From Macrostomum lignano (lineage: Eukaryota), in assembly GCA_002269645.1 (NCBI GenBank), contig NIVC01002030.1, positions 108,394 to 172,393 on the forward strand: 64,000 nt of DNA, written 5' to 3'. Every line of letters begins with the position of its first letter. Position 1 is the first letter of the stretch. The notes under the pieces were generated by a model. It did no database searches and had not been told where the DNA came from. It saw only the letters and a program-made list of their open reading frames with translations. Positions 44,556 to 56,485 of this stretch are shown piece after piece. The position numbers were made by a program, and so were the translations under genes.

Positions 44556-45099
44556 AAAGACGAAATTTGGGCTAAAAACATTTAGGAGAATTTATAATTC
44601 TCGGTTCGTGCTATCACAGCAAACGATTTTACACAGACACCAACAGGAGTATTGTAGCAAATTTGTCAGACAGACAGCTGTGCAACCGTTAACAGCAACA
44701 GTTTGCATAGTTTTTTATTAAACGTATTTGGCTTCGGCTGCAGAAGAACAAAAAATTATGATTTATTCTTGCGCGCAAATTCGAAACGTACCGTGCACAG
44801 GCTGCGGAAATGATTGACTGCGGTGCATGTATGCAGGACCGGACTAACCATGTATGGTTGGGTACGGAAATCAATAGGACCGTGAAGCCCACTGTGGAAA
44901 GGTCACTAAGGCAAGACAGACAGAATTTCTCCGAAGGGGGATTCCAGGCTGGCCAGATAACCGTTTAAGAAAAGTATTTCTGCACAGAATGCCGCCATGG
45001 ACAGCTAAAGTTGAAGGACACGGCACTCGCAGATTGTGAAAATTTTATTTGGAAACATTTCACTGCAAAACTAGAATTTCGTGGAATAAGTCGTGTCTT

Positions 45100-45470
45100 T
45101 TGCCTATGGTATAGGGGTTATGTCTATGGTATGGGGTTTATGTCTATGGTATGGGGTTTATGTCTATGGTAAGTTTCTTGTGTCTATGGTAAGGGGTTTG
45201 TGTCTATGGTAAGGGGTTTGTGTCTATGGTAAGGGGTTTTGTCTATGGTAAGTTGTTTGTGTCTATGGTAAGGGGTTTGTGTCTATGGTAAGTTGTTTGT
45301 GTCTATAGTAAGGGATTTGTGTCTATGGTAAGGGGTTTGTGTCTATGTTAAGTTGTTTGTGTCTATGGTAAGGGGTTTGTGTCTATGGTAAGGGGTTTGT
45401 GTCTATGGTAAGGGGTTTGTGTCTATGGTAAGGGGTTTGTGTCTATGGTAAGTTGTTTGTGTCTATGGTA
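45100..45470. repeat. Minisatellite, 20-bp unit GTCTATGGTAAGGGGTTTGT (inverted relative to the 43958-44555 array)
   Basis: Reverse complement ACAAACCCCTTACCATAGAC matches the left array core. Confidence 0.95.
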
Positions 45471-46157
45471 AAAAACCACAGAGTTCGTCTGTGGTAAAAA
45501 CCCAATAGACAAATTGCAACCCAGAAAGAATCTTAGGAAATTCGCTTTCCAGAGCACAGCTGCTATTTGAAGCCTTCCGTTCTGCATTAATATATTTTTC
45601 GAAAATGTATCTTGATGAGTCAGTCTCAGACAAAACCCATAACATACCATTGGACAAAAGTTAGGCTAAAGTCTTACTTTATTAATTTGCGATTAGAAAG
45701 TACCAAAGGTGATTAAGTAATACATTTTGCAGTGAAAACCGGCGTCCAGTGCAAATGCGGCATTCTTCTACTTTTAGTGGTCCATGGCCGCGGCATTAAA
45801 TTGATGCCCAGCAACTGGCGAAGCTGGCAGCCGCTTACTCAAGGAAGCAGCAATGCACTGCCGAAGTAGAAAAAAAAGTTTGAAAAAAAGCTCGCTTGCA
45901 CAGTACTAATTTCGAATGGCAGTCTGATAAATATAGTTAGCTTCAAATTCTTGCACTAAAAACTAAAGCTTGCAAGGGTTTGCATTTTCATTCGCCATGC
46001 ACGAAGTGCTGCAAAACTGCGCTGAATGTCCCTCAACTCGACAAGCAATGTGTAAGCCGATGCTGCATCACCGCACTGTCCCCAACTGTTCAATTCAAGT
46101 GCGCACCGCAAACGCAGTTTCATGATTTCGCAACGCCTCTGTGCCCGGCTGTTTCTC

Positions 46158-49100
46158 TCAGCCTCTCAGCTGATCCACCATGGCGACCCCCACGGCCGAA
46201 GTCCGCCTACCGCTGAGCAGCCAGTCCAGCTGCCTGGACAGCACGTTGAGCTCACGGCTCTGCGCCTCCAGGCTGTCCAGCATGCCGGCCTGGGCGACGC
46301 CGACCTTGTTGAGCCTGACTGCCGCGGCCGCCGACTCCCCGGTTAGGCTGGCTTCGTCGCCACCGACGCCGACGCCGCCAAACCCGTCGAGCCTCGGGCG
46401 CAGCCGCCTGAGCGTGACGGCCTGGTAAAACAGGTACACCATGTACACGGAGCTCCGCTCGCCGATCGCCGCCAGCTTGTCTGCCGAGGCCGCGTCAGCT
46501 GGCGACGCCGATCGGTCGGCGCCGGTGCAGGCGGAGCGCAGCTGGCGGACCAGCCAGCACAGCAGGTTCCACAGCTCCAGCAGCAGGTTGAAGGGCAGCG
46601 GGACGGCCGAACGGGCGGTGAATTCTTCGTTGAGTTCGTAGCAGCCGATCAGCCACATGGAGCGGGACTCCGCGTCCACTGAGTCCACCGTCTTGCTGAA
46701 CAGCGCCACGATCACGTTCAGGAGCAGGATCTGTACGATGGCGATGTATAGGACTAGCAGGATGTAGTGCACCAGGTCGCTGCCGGGGTGCGCCACGCAC
46801 ATGCTAGCGCCATCCGGCGCGGAGGTGTCGTTGCCGTCGCTGGGGCTGTAGTCGCACACGTTTTCGAGTTCGTCCAGGCCGTATTCGCCTGCGAGGGGAG
46901 TTATAACCCAACCCAATATAATCCAATCCAATCCAATCCAATCCAACCCAATATAATCCAACCCAATACAATCCAATCCAACCCAATCCAATCCAATCTA
47001 ATCCAACCCAATCCAATCCAATCTAATCCAATCCAATCTAATCCAATCCAATCTAATCCAATCCAATCCAATCCAATCTAATCCAACCCAATCCAATCCA
47101 ATCCAATCCAATCCAATCCAATCTAATCCAATCCAATCCAATCCAATCCAATCCAATCCAATCCAATCCAATCCAATCCAATCCAATCCAATTTAACCCA
47201 AAAGCCCCTGTTGCCTAGCCTCCAGTGTGTCCGCAGCTACTTACCCACAATGGCATAAAATGTCCTCCTGATGATGGCCACCGCCAGCTCGGCAGGCGGG
47301 ATGTTCACACTTCTGCCGTTCCGGTGGTAGGCGGCGCCCGGCCAGAGCAGAGCGGCGAAGGCGATCCCGAAGCCGGCCATGACCACAGCCAAGATGTACA
47401 GGAACGGGATGAAGTCGCGCCGGATGACCTGGGACAGCATTTTGAGCTTGACGCCGACAGACTCCAGCACGACCGAGACGAACAGGATGCGCAGCCAGAA
47501 GATGAGGGTGGCCGCTACCACGAAGATGTATCCGACGCTGCGGGAGCGGCGCTCGTGGTCCGGCATCAGGGTGCCAAGCAAGTCCCAATCGCTCGAGCTG
47601 AAGCGGCGAGAGACGAAAGCGATCAAGCCGCAGGTGACAGCCACCAAGTCCAAGATGTTCCAGCCGTCGGAGAGGTAGGTGGCGAGCACGCCCCGGTGAT
47701 AACATGCGACCAGCTCGCGAAGCTCCTCGGCCAGAACGCCCAGCATGGCCAAGTAGCTCGCCACCTCCAGGCTGCTGACGTCACCCTGCGTGGTGCCGAA
47801 AACCTTTTATCTATTCAGCCCTCCTTATCTTTGCTTTAGCAGGAAATAAACGTGGAAGAATGCAACTCTTTTCGGCACCTTCTTGCCGTCAGCTCAGCCG
47901 CATGCCAAACAATCTGCCATCACGCCAATAAGTAAAACTGTCTCACCTGAAAGTCGTGCAAAATCATCAGCGACAGCATGGTCACGGTTGCAAAGTAGAA
48001 CGCTACGCTGGCGCGGAACTTCACGCACGGAGTGTCGTAGAAGCGGTGCAGGTCGGCGGCGCAGGCCCGAAGCTCTGAGCACCAGCCGGGTGGATGCGGC
48101 GGCGGCGGCCGATTGGACGAGTTATTCTCGACAGACTCTTCCTCATCGGCGTTAGCGAGCTCATCCTCTTCAACACCGTCGTCGTTGCCCTCGCCATCCG
48201 AGTCGCCCAGCATTTTGTCCAGGAAGCGCCTCTTCTCCGGATCATTCAGCCGACGCAGCAGGCGCGGCAGGAAGGGCAGCAGCGGCGGCAGGAAGCCGCA
48301 GGCGATGAGCAGCTCGCGAACAAACAACGACTGGCCGGGCAGGGAGCGACTGTTAAAGAACTCGCCATACCAGCGCATGTCCGTGGCCAGCTCGGCGATG
48401 TCCAGCTTGACGAGGCTGGTGACGCAGCCGATGGCGGCCAAGTCAAGCACCGTGTAGTCGGCGTAGTTGGGCAGTGGCTGGCTGATGAAGCTGATGGTCA
48501 GGCAGTTGCCCACAGAGCTGTCGACGTCTTTCACCGCGCGCAGCGTCCGCACCGCCAAGGACTCGCAGATGCCGGCGACGCGGGCTGCGGCCTCGGCGAA
48601 CACGTTGTCCACCTCCGGCCGGCGAGCCAGGGCGCGGAGCAGCGTGGCAGAGAGCAGCGCCAGCGGCACCATGTCGAACTCCTCCTGGCGTAGCAGCACC
48701 GTCACCAGCCGCAGGCGACCTGTCAGCACCGCCCAGGTGGTCAGCGACTGCAGCGGATCGCGCAGCGCCCCGACGGCGTCGATCTCACGAGGGAACACCG
48801 GCTCGCGGGAGCGGAACCGCTCGAAGCCGGTCAGCCGGGCCACCGCCCGGTTCAGCCGGCCGGCCTCCACGCGCCAGCGGCCGTCAGGGGAGCCGGCGGC
48901 CAGCTCCCGGCGAATCGCCTGACACGGCCCACCGACAACAGAAGCCGAGGCAGCCGCAGCGGCGGACGACCCAGAGACCGTCGCCTTGCGGTAGCGGAGG
49001 GCCACCGAGTACAGCTGGCGGATGCGCAGTCGGAGCCGGGCGGCCAGCAGCAGCCAGAGACGCCTGCAGGCGGTCAGCCGCCTCAGCTGGCCAGCTTCCT

Positions 49101-50217
49101 GCGTCAAAAGGACGAGTCGGCCGACACGACCGGCCAGTCGGCCAACCAGGCCGGCCGAGTCCGCCAGCTCTAGATCGGGCGTCAGGCCCAGCTGATGCGC
49201 GTCGACCAAGGCGTCGACCAGCCGCTGGCTCGACATTCCCCGCTCGCTGGCGACCGCCTCCAGACCGGCGAGCCGCTCCTTACAGACCCGGTCGCTCGGC
49301 CGGAACGGCGTCTCCCCGTCAAAGGCGGTGCCTGTGTCGATGCTCAGCAGCTGGGCCAGGTAGGCGCGGCCGGGTCGGCTGGAGAGCAGGTCGCTGGCGG
49401 TCTGGCCCCGTCGCAGGCCCGGCCGCAGGGGGGCAGCCAGGCGCCGGCCAAGGCAGTCCAGGCCATCGGTGTCGCGGCCAACCAGCAGGATGTCAACCGG
49501 CGCCCGGCCTCGCCCGTCCAGAGCCAGGTGGTCGGCGCCGCAACGCAGCAGCAGCTGCAGCAGCTCAGCGTTGCCGGCGGCCGCGGCCACGTGCAGGCAA
49601 GTGATTTTCCCGAGGCCGAGCCCGATGGTGGGGCAGCAAGCCAGCCGCGGTTCCGCCGCCAGCAGAGCTGCCGCGGCAGAATTGTTGCCGGCCAGGCAGG
49701 CGCGATGCAGCGGGTTGTCGCCATCGGCGTCAGTCGCCCAGCAGTCGGCACCGGCGGCGAGCAGGGCGAGCAGGCAGGGTGCGTCGCCGCTGTGGCAGCT
49801 CTCGGCTGCCGTGTGCAGCGGCGTCTCGCCGACATCTTCGCCATTATATTCGAAGCTTTCGTTATCACCGCTGCTGCCGCGATCTTCATCAGCGTCGGTG
49901 AGGTCTGGGTCGGCGCCGCTGGCTAGTAAAAGGCGCAGACAGGCCGGCCGGCACTCAGGCGACACGGCCGCGTGCAGCAGGCGGCGCCGGCAACGGCGCC
50001 CGATGACGCCGGCCTCCTCGCAAGCTGCGCAGGGCGCGTTGGGATCGCCGCCGCTACGCAAAAGCTTTTCAAGGGCGTCAGCATCGTCCAGCTGGACGGC
50101 CGCGTGCATGCGGGATGCGAGATCGGCCTGCTGCATGATAATGCGATGCGGCTGGGTCTGCACTGCCTTCTGCTGCTTCAAATAGCTGGCAGAGAAGACG
50201 GAGCGCCGACATGACAT
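46158..50217 (-). CDS. TRPM: TRP cation channel: TRPM-like core with N-terminal ankyrin repeats; exons 50217-47947, 47785-47245, 46888-46158 (3543 nt, ~1180 aa)
   Basis: Ankyrin motifs (GETPLHTAA, GDNPLHRAC, TCLHVAA..GNAELLQLLL..GAD). TRPM MHR4 motifs (DPLQSLTTWAVL, NYADYTVLDLAA, RWYGEF) and pre-S1 RFYDTPCVKF. TM region WNILDLVAV, IFWLRIL, GVKLKML, FYAIVGE, ILLLNVIVALFS, then P.P.PF.L and a C-terminal coiled coil. Exons join in frame at canonical GT/AG sites. Confidence 0.92.
46908..47193. repeat. (ATCCA)n pentanucleotide repeat filling TRP intron 2
   Basis: Direct. Confidence 0.97.
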
Positions 50218-50309
50218 GCACTGCTACAATTCTTTTGCGCGGGCCAATCACAGCACTTCCAGCAAAGGCAGCCTGCACTGTTAAATTTTTACTTGCCACA
50301 CTGGCTTTG

Positions 50310-51050
50310 TCTCCCCATCGAGCTCCGCTGTCTGCCCACCGAGCTCCGCTGTCCCCTCATCGAGCTCCCCTTCTCCTTGTCGAGCTCCGCTGACTCCCCA
50401 TCGAGCTCCCCTTCTTCTTGTCGAGCTCCGCTGTCTCCTCACCGATTTCCCCTTCACCCATCGAGCTCCGCCGTCTGCCCATCGAGCTCCGCTTTCTCCC
50501 CATCGAGCTCCGCTGTCTCCCCATCGAGCTCCGCTGTCTCCCCATCGAGCTCCGCTGTCTGCCCATCGAGCTCCGCTGTCTCCCCATCGAGCTCCGCTTT
50601 CTCCCCATCGAGCTCCGCTGTCTCCCCATCGAGCTCCGCTGTCTCCCCATCGAGCTCCACCCTTCCCCCGATAAGAGCTCCGCTGTCTCCCCACCGAGCT
50701 TCGCAGTCTCCTCATCGAGCTCCGCTGTCTCCTCCCCGATCTCCCCTTCCCCCGATAAGAGCTCCGCTGTCTCCCCATCGAGCTCCGCTGTCTCCCCATC
50801 GAGCTCCGCTGTCTGCCCATCGAGCTCCGCTGTCTCCCCATCGAGCTCCGCTTTCTCCCAATCGAGCTCCGCTGTCTCCCCATCGAGCTCCGCTGTCTCC
50901 TCCCCGATCTCCCCTTCCCCCGATAAGAGCTCCGCTGTCTCCCCATCGAGCTCCGCTGTCTCCCCATCGAGCTCCGCTGTCTCCCCATCGAGCTCCGCTG
51001 TCTCCCCACCGAGCTTCGCAGTCTCCTCATCGAGCTCCGCTGTCTCGTCA
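50310..51050. repeat. GC-rich minisatellite, 21-bp unit CCCCATCGAGCTCCGCTGTCT
   Basis: Direct; lies between two divergent start codons. Confidence 0.95.
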
Positions 51051-51323
51051 TCCAGCTTCATTGTCTCCCCATCATATCGCTTTGTTGTTGCTTACTATTT
51101 TTCAAACGTCACCCGGACTATAGTATCAGCTTTATATTTGGCGGAACTTACTTTTATCCCATAGACAAAGTGCTGTTCCAATTTCCCTAATATGTCGCGT
51201 AGGTCTTATATTCGCTAGAAAGTATCGATTCAGTAGTTTGTCTGACCAACGAGTGCAATCAGATCTGAGAAAGGACTCAAACAGATCAGTCATCAACAGC
51301 CAGCCCATCACCGCACCGTCCCC

Positions 51324-51923
51324 ATGGCGCACTTCCCTCAACCGGACTGCTGGTGCGCCAGCCTCGACGATGAGATGTGCGAGAGCGACGAGGTCGAGCG
51401 GGCCGCCTCGGCCGGGGCTCTGCACAATTTCTACCCGCTGGAGGCCAATCTGTACCCCGGCGAGCGGATGCTGCGGCCCTTCCCCGGCCTGCTGCTGTGG
51501 GACGTCCGGGATCCACCTGGGCCTCTGGGCTGCAGCATCGCTTATGTGCCGCCGCCGCTGGGCTGGACCACCCTGTACACCAACGCCGGCCTCCAGCTGC
51601 ATGTCTGGGTTGGTGACATGCGGCCGCAGGCTCAGGACACTATGGCGGCGTCGGGCGGAGCCGCTGCGACCGCCGCAGCTTTGTCGTCGTCGACGTCGGC
51701 GTCTGGCGCCGGCTGGCGACCGCCCGCGGGCACCCTGCTGCCGAACTGCAACGGCCAGACCCAGGTGGTTGGCCTGAACCTGCCGCCCGCGCCGCCGGTG
51801 CACGAGCACCGCTGCATCGCCTGCGGCCGGCGGGGCCTCAATGTCGACGTTGTGCCGATCGGAGGAAGCGGCGGCGCCGGCGGCTGCGTCGGCGGCGGCC
51901 GGATGGGCGACCAGCAGAGATGA
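51324..51923 (+). CDS. Intronless orphan ORF (199 aa), unknown function
   Basis: ATG-to-TGA ORF with strong GC3 bias like neighbouring real exons; non-repetitive; W/C/P-rich N-terminal half and HEHRCIACG motif; no family recognised. Confidence 0.55.
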   Translation: MAHFPQPDCWCASLDDEMCESDEVERAASAGALHNFYPLEANLYPGERMLRPFPGLLLWDVRDPPGPLGCSIAYVPPPLGWTTLYTNAGLQLHVWVGDMRPQAQDTMAASGGAAATAAALSSSTSASGAGWRPPAGTLLPNCNGQTQVVGLNLPPAPPVHEHRCIACGRRGLNVDVVPIGGSGGAGGCVGGGRMGDQQR

Positions 51924-53074
51924 CGGACAGACTGGCTTGAATAGTGCTGATCGGAGAGACTGCCATTGCTGTTTTTGTCAGTGCGCAGAGTTCGTTAGGC
52001 TCTGAGTAGCACTAGCGGGTTACTGTGGTCCCAAGGCCGATAATTAGGAGTCGCCATGTTAGCCGTTCTTTCAAAGCTTACTATGAGAAGGGTTTAGTTC
52101 GTAGCTCAGCCATACGGGCCAATTTCTTGCTGGTACGATGTAGGGCCTTGTGAGTCATATCTACAAGTCTGCATGCGTTTCTCAAAGTAAGTGTCTGGGA
52201 AAACACAAAAGCAAAAATTTGCTTTTAAAGTACATCAGCAATCGGTAAAGTACATAAAAAATTGTTAAATCTGCTGTCAAACGTGTAGTTAGCGATCATG
52301 GAATTGGCTTAAGTGTTATAAGCAATGGCCCAGATAGTAGTGAAATGAAGTCGCCCATTTTAAGTATGCCTGTGTACTTTATTACTTTAGTTTGTACTTT
52401 TCCAAGCAGAACGCTTTTAATAGATAGGCTGCTAAAAATATTGATTTTACTGTTAGAAAAGTGTGCAGTTTTGCAGCAAGTTATAGCACGGTGTACTTTT
52501 TAACCATTGCGTTTTTTTCTATTCATTCGAACGCGAACTAAAATTCTTTTAGCACTACTGCAAGTAGGCTGTCGGAATTTTTAAAGGAAAATTCGTGATT
52601 GGCTTTTAATCGCAGTGCGCTTATTAAAACTGGGTGAACTGGAGAACAAAGGCTGCCCCCCACCCCTATCTGGGGTTGGGGTTGGAGCCGAATGAGCCGA
52701 AAGAAATTCATTAAAATATCCCTGCGACAGATGGGCCGGGCTTCTCTGTGTGTTCGAGGATCGTGGATAATTGCCGTCCCGCCGAACAGCCAATATTAGA
52801 GGGAAATGCCATCTATCTTTGGGTCCCCATCGGTTATCCCAGCAGCCCCGGGTCTGTGCTGCCTGCAGAGGGGAACCTGCACCTGCTTTTTATAATCGAT
52901 TGATGACCGAGTTGCCAATTCACCTGAACTGAGTATAGGCCTGCAAGTTCCACAGCCTCAATATTCAGATATTGAATTCACTATTCCCAAGCTTCACAAA
53001 CTTCACAAAGAATTCATAAACTCCACAATACGAGTATAACCACAGAATTTTACAATCCTGAAATTTTTAAATCC

Positions 53075-53745
53075 ATAAACTTCACAAAACCAAAGCTTCA
53101 CAACCCCAAAGTTTCACAACCCCAAAGTTTCACAACCCCAAAGTTTCACAACCCCAAAGTTTCACAACCCTAAGTTCCACAATCCCAAAGTTTCACAACT
53201 CCAAAGTTTCACAATCCCAAAGTTTCACAACCCCAAAGTCTCACAGCCTCAGTTTCACAATCCCAAAGTTTCACAACCCAAAGTTCCACAAGCTCAAAGT
53301 TTCACAACCCTAAAGTTTCACAACCCCAAAGTTTCACAGCCTCAGTTTCACAATCCCAAAGTTTCACAACCCCAAAGTTTCACAGCCTCAGTTTCACAAT
53401 CCCAAAGTTTCACAACCCCAAAGTTTCACAACCCTAAAGTTTCACAACCTCAGTTTCACAATCCCAAAGTTTCACAACCCCAAAGTTTCACAACCCCAAA
53501 GTTTCACAACCCAAAGTTTCACAACCCCAAAGTTTCACAATCCCAAAGTTTCACAATCCCAAAGTTTCACAACCCCAAAGTTTCACAATCCCAAAGTTTC
53601 ACAACCCCAAAGTTTCACAACCCAAAGTTTCACAATCCCAAAGTTTCACAACCCCAAAGTTCACAACCCCAAAGTTTCACAATCCCAAAGTTCACAACCC
53701 CAAAGTTTCACAACCCCAAATTTTCACAACCTTGAAGTTTCACAA
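53075..53745. repeat. Minisatellite, 16-bp unit CCCCAAAGTTTCACAA
   Basis: Direct. Confidence 0.95.
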
Positions 53746-54776
53746 CGCTGCATAAAGGTTTGAGAAAACTCTTCAGTTCGATTGGGGGTATGAAGAAGCA
53801 GAATGTGTCCTGAATATAATTAGGCACGCAACCGGTTTTTATACCTTTACTAAAAAACAAGTCGGAAATGCCTTCAAAAGACTGCGAGAAAAATGGGAGT
53901 AAAAAATAAGACGGAATGCAAATCTTTTGAAAAGCAGAAAAGCTGCGGAAGCATCGCGTCGCGTCCTCCTTCTGGGTCGGCCGTTTGCTCGCGGGCTTAT
54001 TAAATAATACGGGGTTAGAGAGTTCAAGCAGGACTGTATCGAAATTGCCTCAATGAGAATGGGCGGCGGGGCTGAGTAACGAAGGAACTCTTCTTTAATC
54101 AGAAAGCGGAGAGGAGAGAAATACCAACTGCAAAACTGCACTGGGGCCCGGCTCTGATTTCACAAGATTTCAAGCCCCCCATTAGTTTGGCGATTTGCCA
54201 GATGCAAATTCAGGGCATGGGAGGGGGTCGCAAACCACTCGGATTTTAAATCAGATATAATTAAAATCCTTGCGTATACCAGCGTACACTTTGGGAAATT
54301 TTGTGCTTGGCTAAAAATACCCCGTCGACTTAGATGAATAAGTTGCTGGTTGCGACTCCAAGACAGAGACAGACGCCCCAACTTTAATTTCATGTTGCCA
54401 GGCCGGCTTTTTGAGGCTTTTAGGATTCGTGTTTATACATACCCCCCAACCTCAGTTCCGTTTGTTTGAAGCATCGAAAGCCGGCCAGCTCCGAATCTTG
54501 GTGCTGACAAAGCGAAGAAGTCATAAAACTGTTGCTAATTTTACTTCTTCCTTTACGCCCGTTTTGGCTTTAAAGGCTTGTTATGCCGTTCTATTAATAC
54601 CTGAGTTTCCAACTGAACTCGCTAAAATTAGCATTCCCACCCAACCGAAAATTCATCAGCCGCCACCAGCTATACATTCTGTGCCCTTCTCCTGGTGTTG
54701 CTGGTAAAAGAATAACAGAAAATAACAATGATAGAAAATAATTTTTGTTTGCTCAGCCTCAGCCATCTCAGCCAGA

Positions 54777-55062
54777 GGCGGTTGTATCCTAGTGGTCAGA
54801 GCGTCGGACTCACCTGAAGGTCGGGGGTTCGATTCCCGATCCCTTTTGAAACTATTTGTGTCCTTGAGCAAGACACTTAACTCTGCATTGCTTCAGTTCA
54901 CCCAGCTGTAAAATGGGTGCCAGCATTAGCTGGGGTAATTGAGGCTGTGTGTGGCGACCCCCAGTCCTTGAACTGAACAGCCGTACGCAGCCTTCAGATG
55001 CGCCGCGCAATAGCTGCGGCTGAGCTGTCGGTTGCACATCTGCATATTAGGGCGGTGTAATC
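54777..55062 (+). mobile_element. CORE-type SINE, family 1, copy C (near full length)
   Basis: TAGTGGTCAGAG (box A), GGTTCGATTCCC (box B), CORE-like GTGTCCTTGAGCAAGACACTTAAC...CTGTAAAATGGG, shared 3' tail ending in AT-rich sequence. Confidence 0.87.
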
Positions 55063-56124
55063 AATTATTATAGTATTATTACCTAAGCCGGCAAAATGAC
55101 AGATTTTCCAAGGATTCTTCCAGGAAGGATATTTCCAGGCCACCATCGCTGTCTCAGTGCCTGCGCACTTTTCCCGACCCCCAGTCTAAATGAGCTGTGG
55201 GAAATTCGGTCGAAGTTAGTGCCAGAATTGGGAAGCCAAGTTGGGAAGAGCGGACGGGCAGTTCAAGGGCGCATTGGAGGAGGCACGCAGAGCCGAGAGG
55301 ACGAGGGGAGAGCTGCTGAACAGTGTCACATGACGCCGTGGAATTGAAGGACTGGCGGGGGGGCTGGCGCGGGTCCCACTTCGCTGCGGGGTTACGTAAT
55401 CCCCCCCCCCATTCAGCCAGAGGCCCTAGAAGAGAGAGAAGAGAGTTAGGGAGAAGATCTGGGCAAGGAAGGCCTGGCATTGTGTGGGAGGCAGCCCGTC
55501 TGCTTAGCTGGCTCGGGGGGACGGGCATAGAGTGACACCTGCAGTGCCTGGCGGGCGGCGAGGACACAGTTTTGGGGAAGCCTTCGGGTATGCGGGCCAT
55601 GGGCTAAAGGACTGGGAGGCTGGGAGATGAAGATCAAAATAAGAGAGACGACAGGAGAAAGCAGCCAGTGGCGGGAGCGCAGCGGCCGCAGCCTTGAACT
55701 CCGGTTGACCTGACAGCCTCATTCCGCCTCCACGCCCAACCCCCCATCTCTCTTCCCCATCGTGGAGTTCGATTTTGGAATTTGCCCGTTTCGATCGGCG
55801 CGAGGATTTTTGGGGGAAGAAAATACGAGGGGAAGAAATGAAAGCGCCAATTGCGATGGCTGATGAGTCATCGCCAGCAGCCCGCCACATCCCCCATGAA
55901 TATAGTGAAGCCCGTGCTCCCCCTAGTTCAAGCAAATCCCAAAGCAGGAGCAGCCCTCCCGGAAAAATCCCATTCGGGACTTTGGATTGGGAGAAATCCA
56001 CGGAAATATTTGGGATGCGAACTTCCTATAGAGGCCTCGCACTAGCTGGCTGAGGGGGCATCGAAGAAGGAGCGACAAAGACCAAGTTTTGGAACTCTCG
56101 CTGCAGATATGGGAAGAAGGAAGG

Positions 56125-56485
56125 TGAGATGAAGGGAAGTGAGGTGAGATAAATGGAAGTGAGGTGAAGGGAGGTGAGATGAATGAGGTGAGATGAAGGG
56201 AGCTGAGATGAAGGGAGCTGAGATGAAGGGAGCTGAGATGAAGGGAGCTGAGATGAAGGGAGCTGAGATGAAGGGAGCTGAGATGAAGGGAGCTGAGATG
56301 AAGGGAGCTGAGATGAAGGGAGCTGAGATGAAGGGAGCTGAGATGAAGGGAGCTGAGATGAAGGGAGCTGAGATGAAGGGAGCTGAGATGAAGGGAGCTG
56401 AGATGAAGGGAGCTGAGATGAAGGGAGCTGAGATGAAGGGAGCTGAGATGAAGGGAGCTGAGATGAAGGAAGCTGAGATGAAGGG
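56125..56485. repeat. Minisatellite, 15-bp unit GAGATGAAGGGAGCT
   Basis: Direct. Confidence 0.96.
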
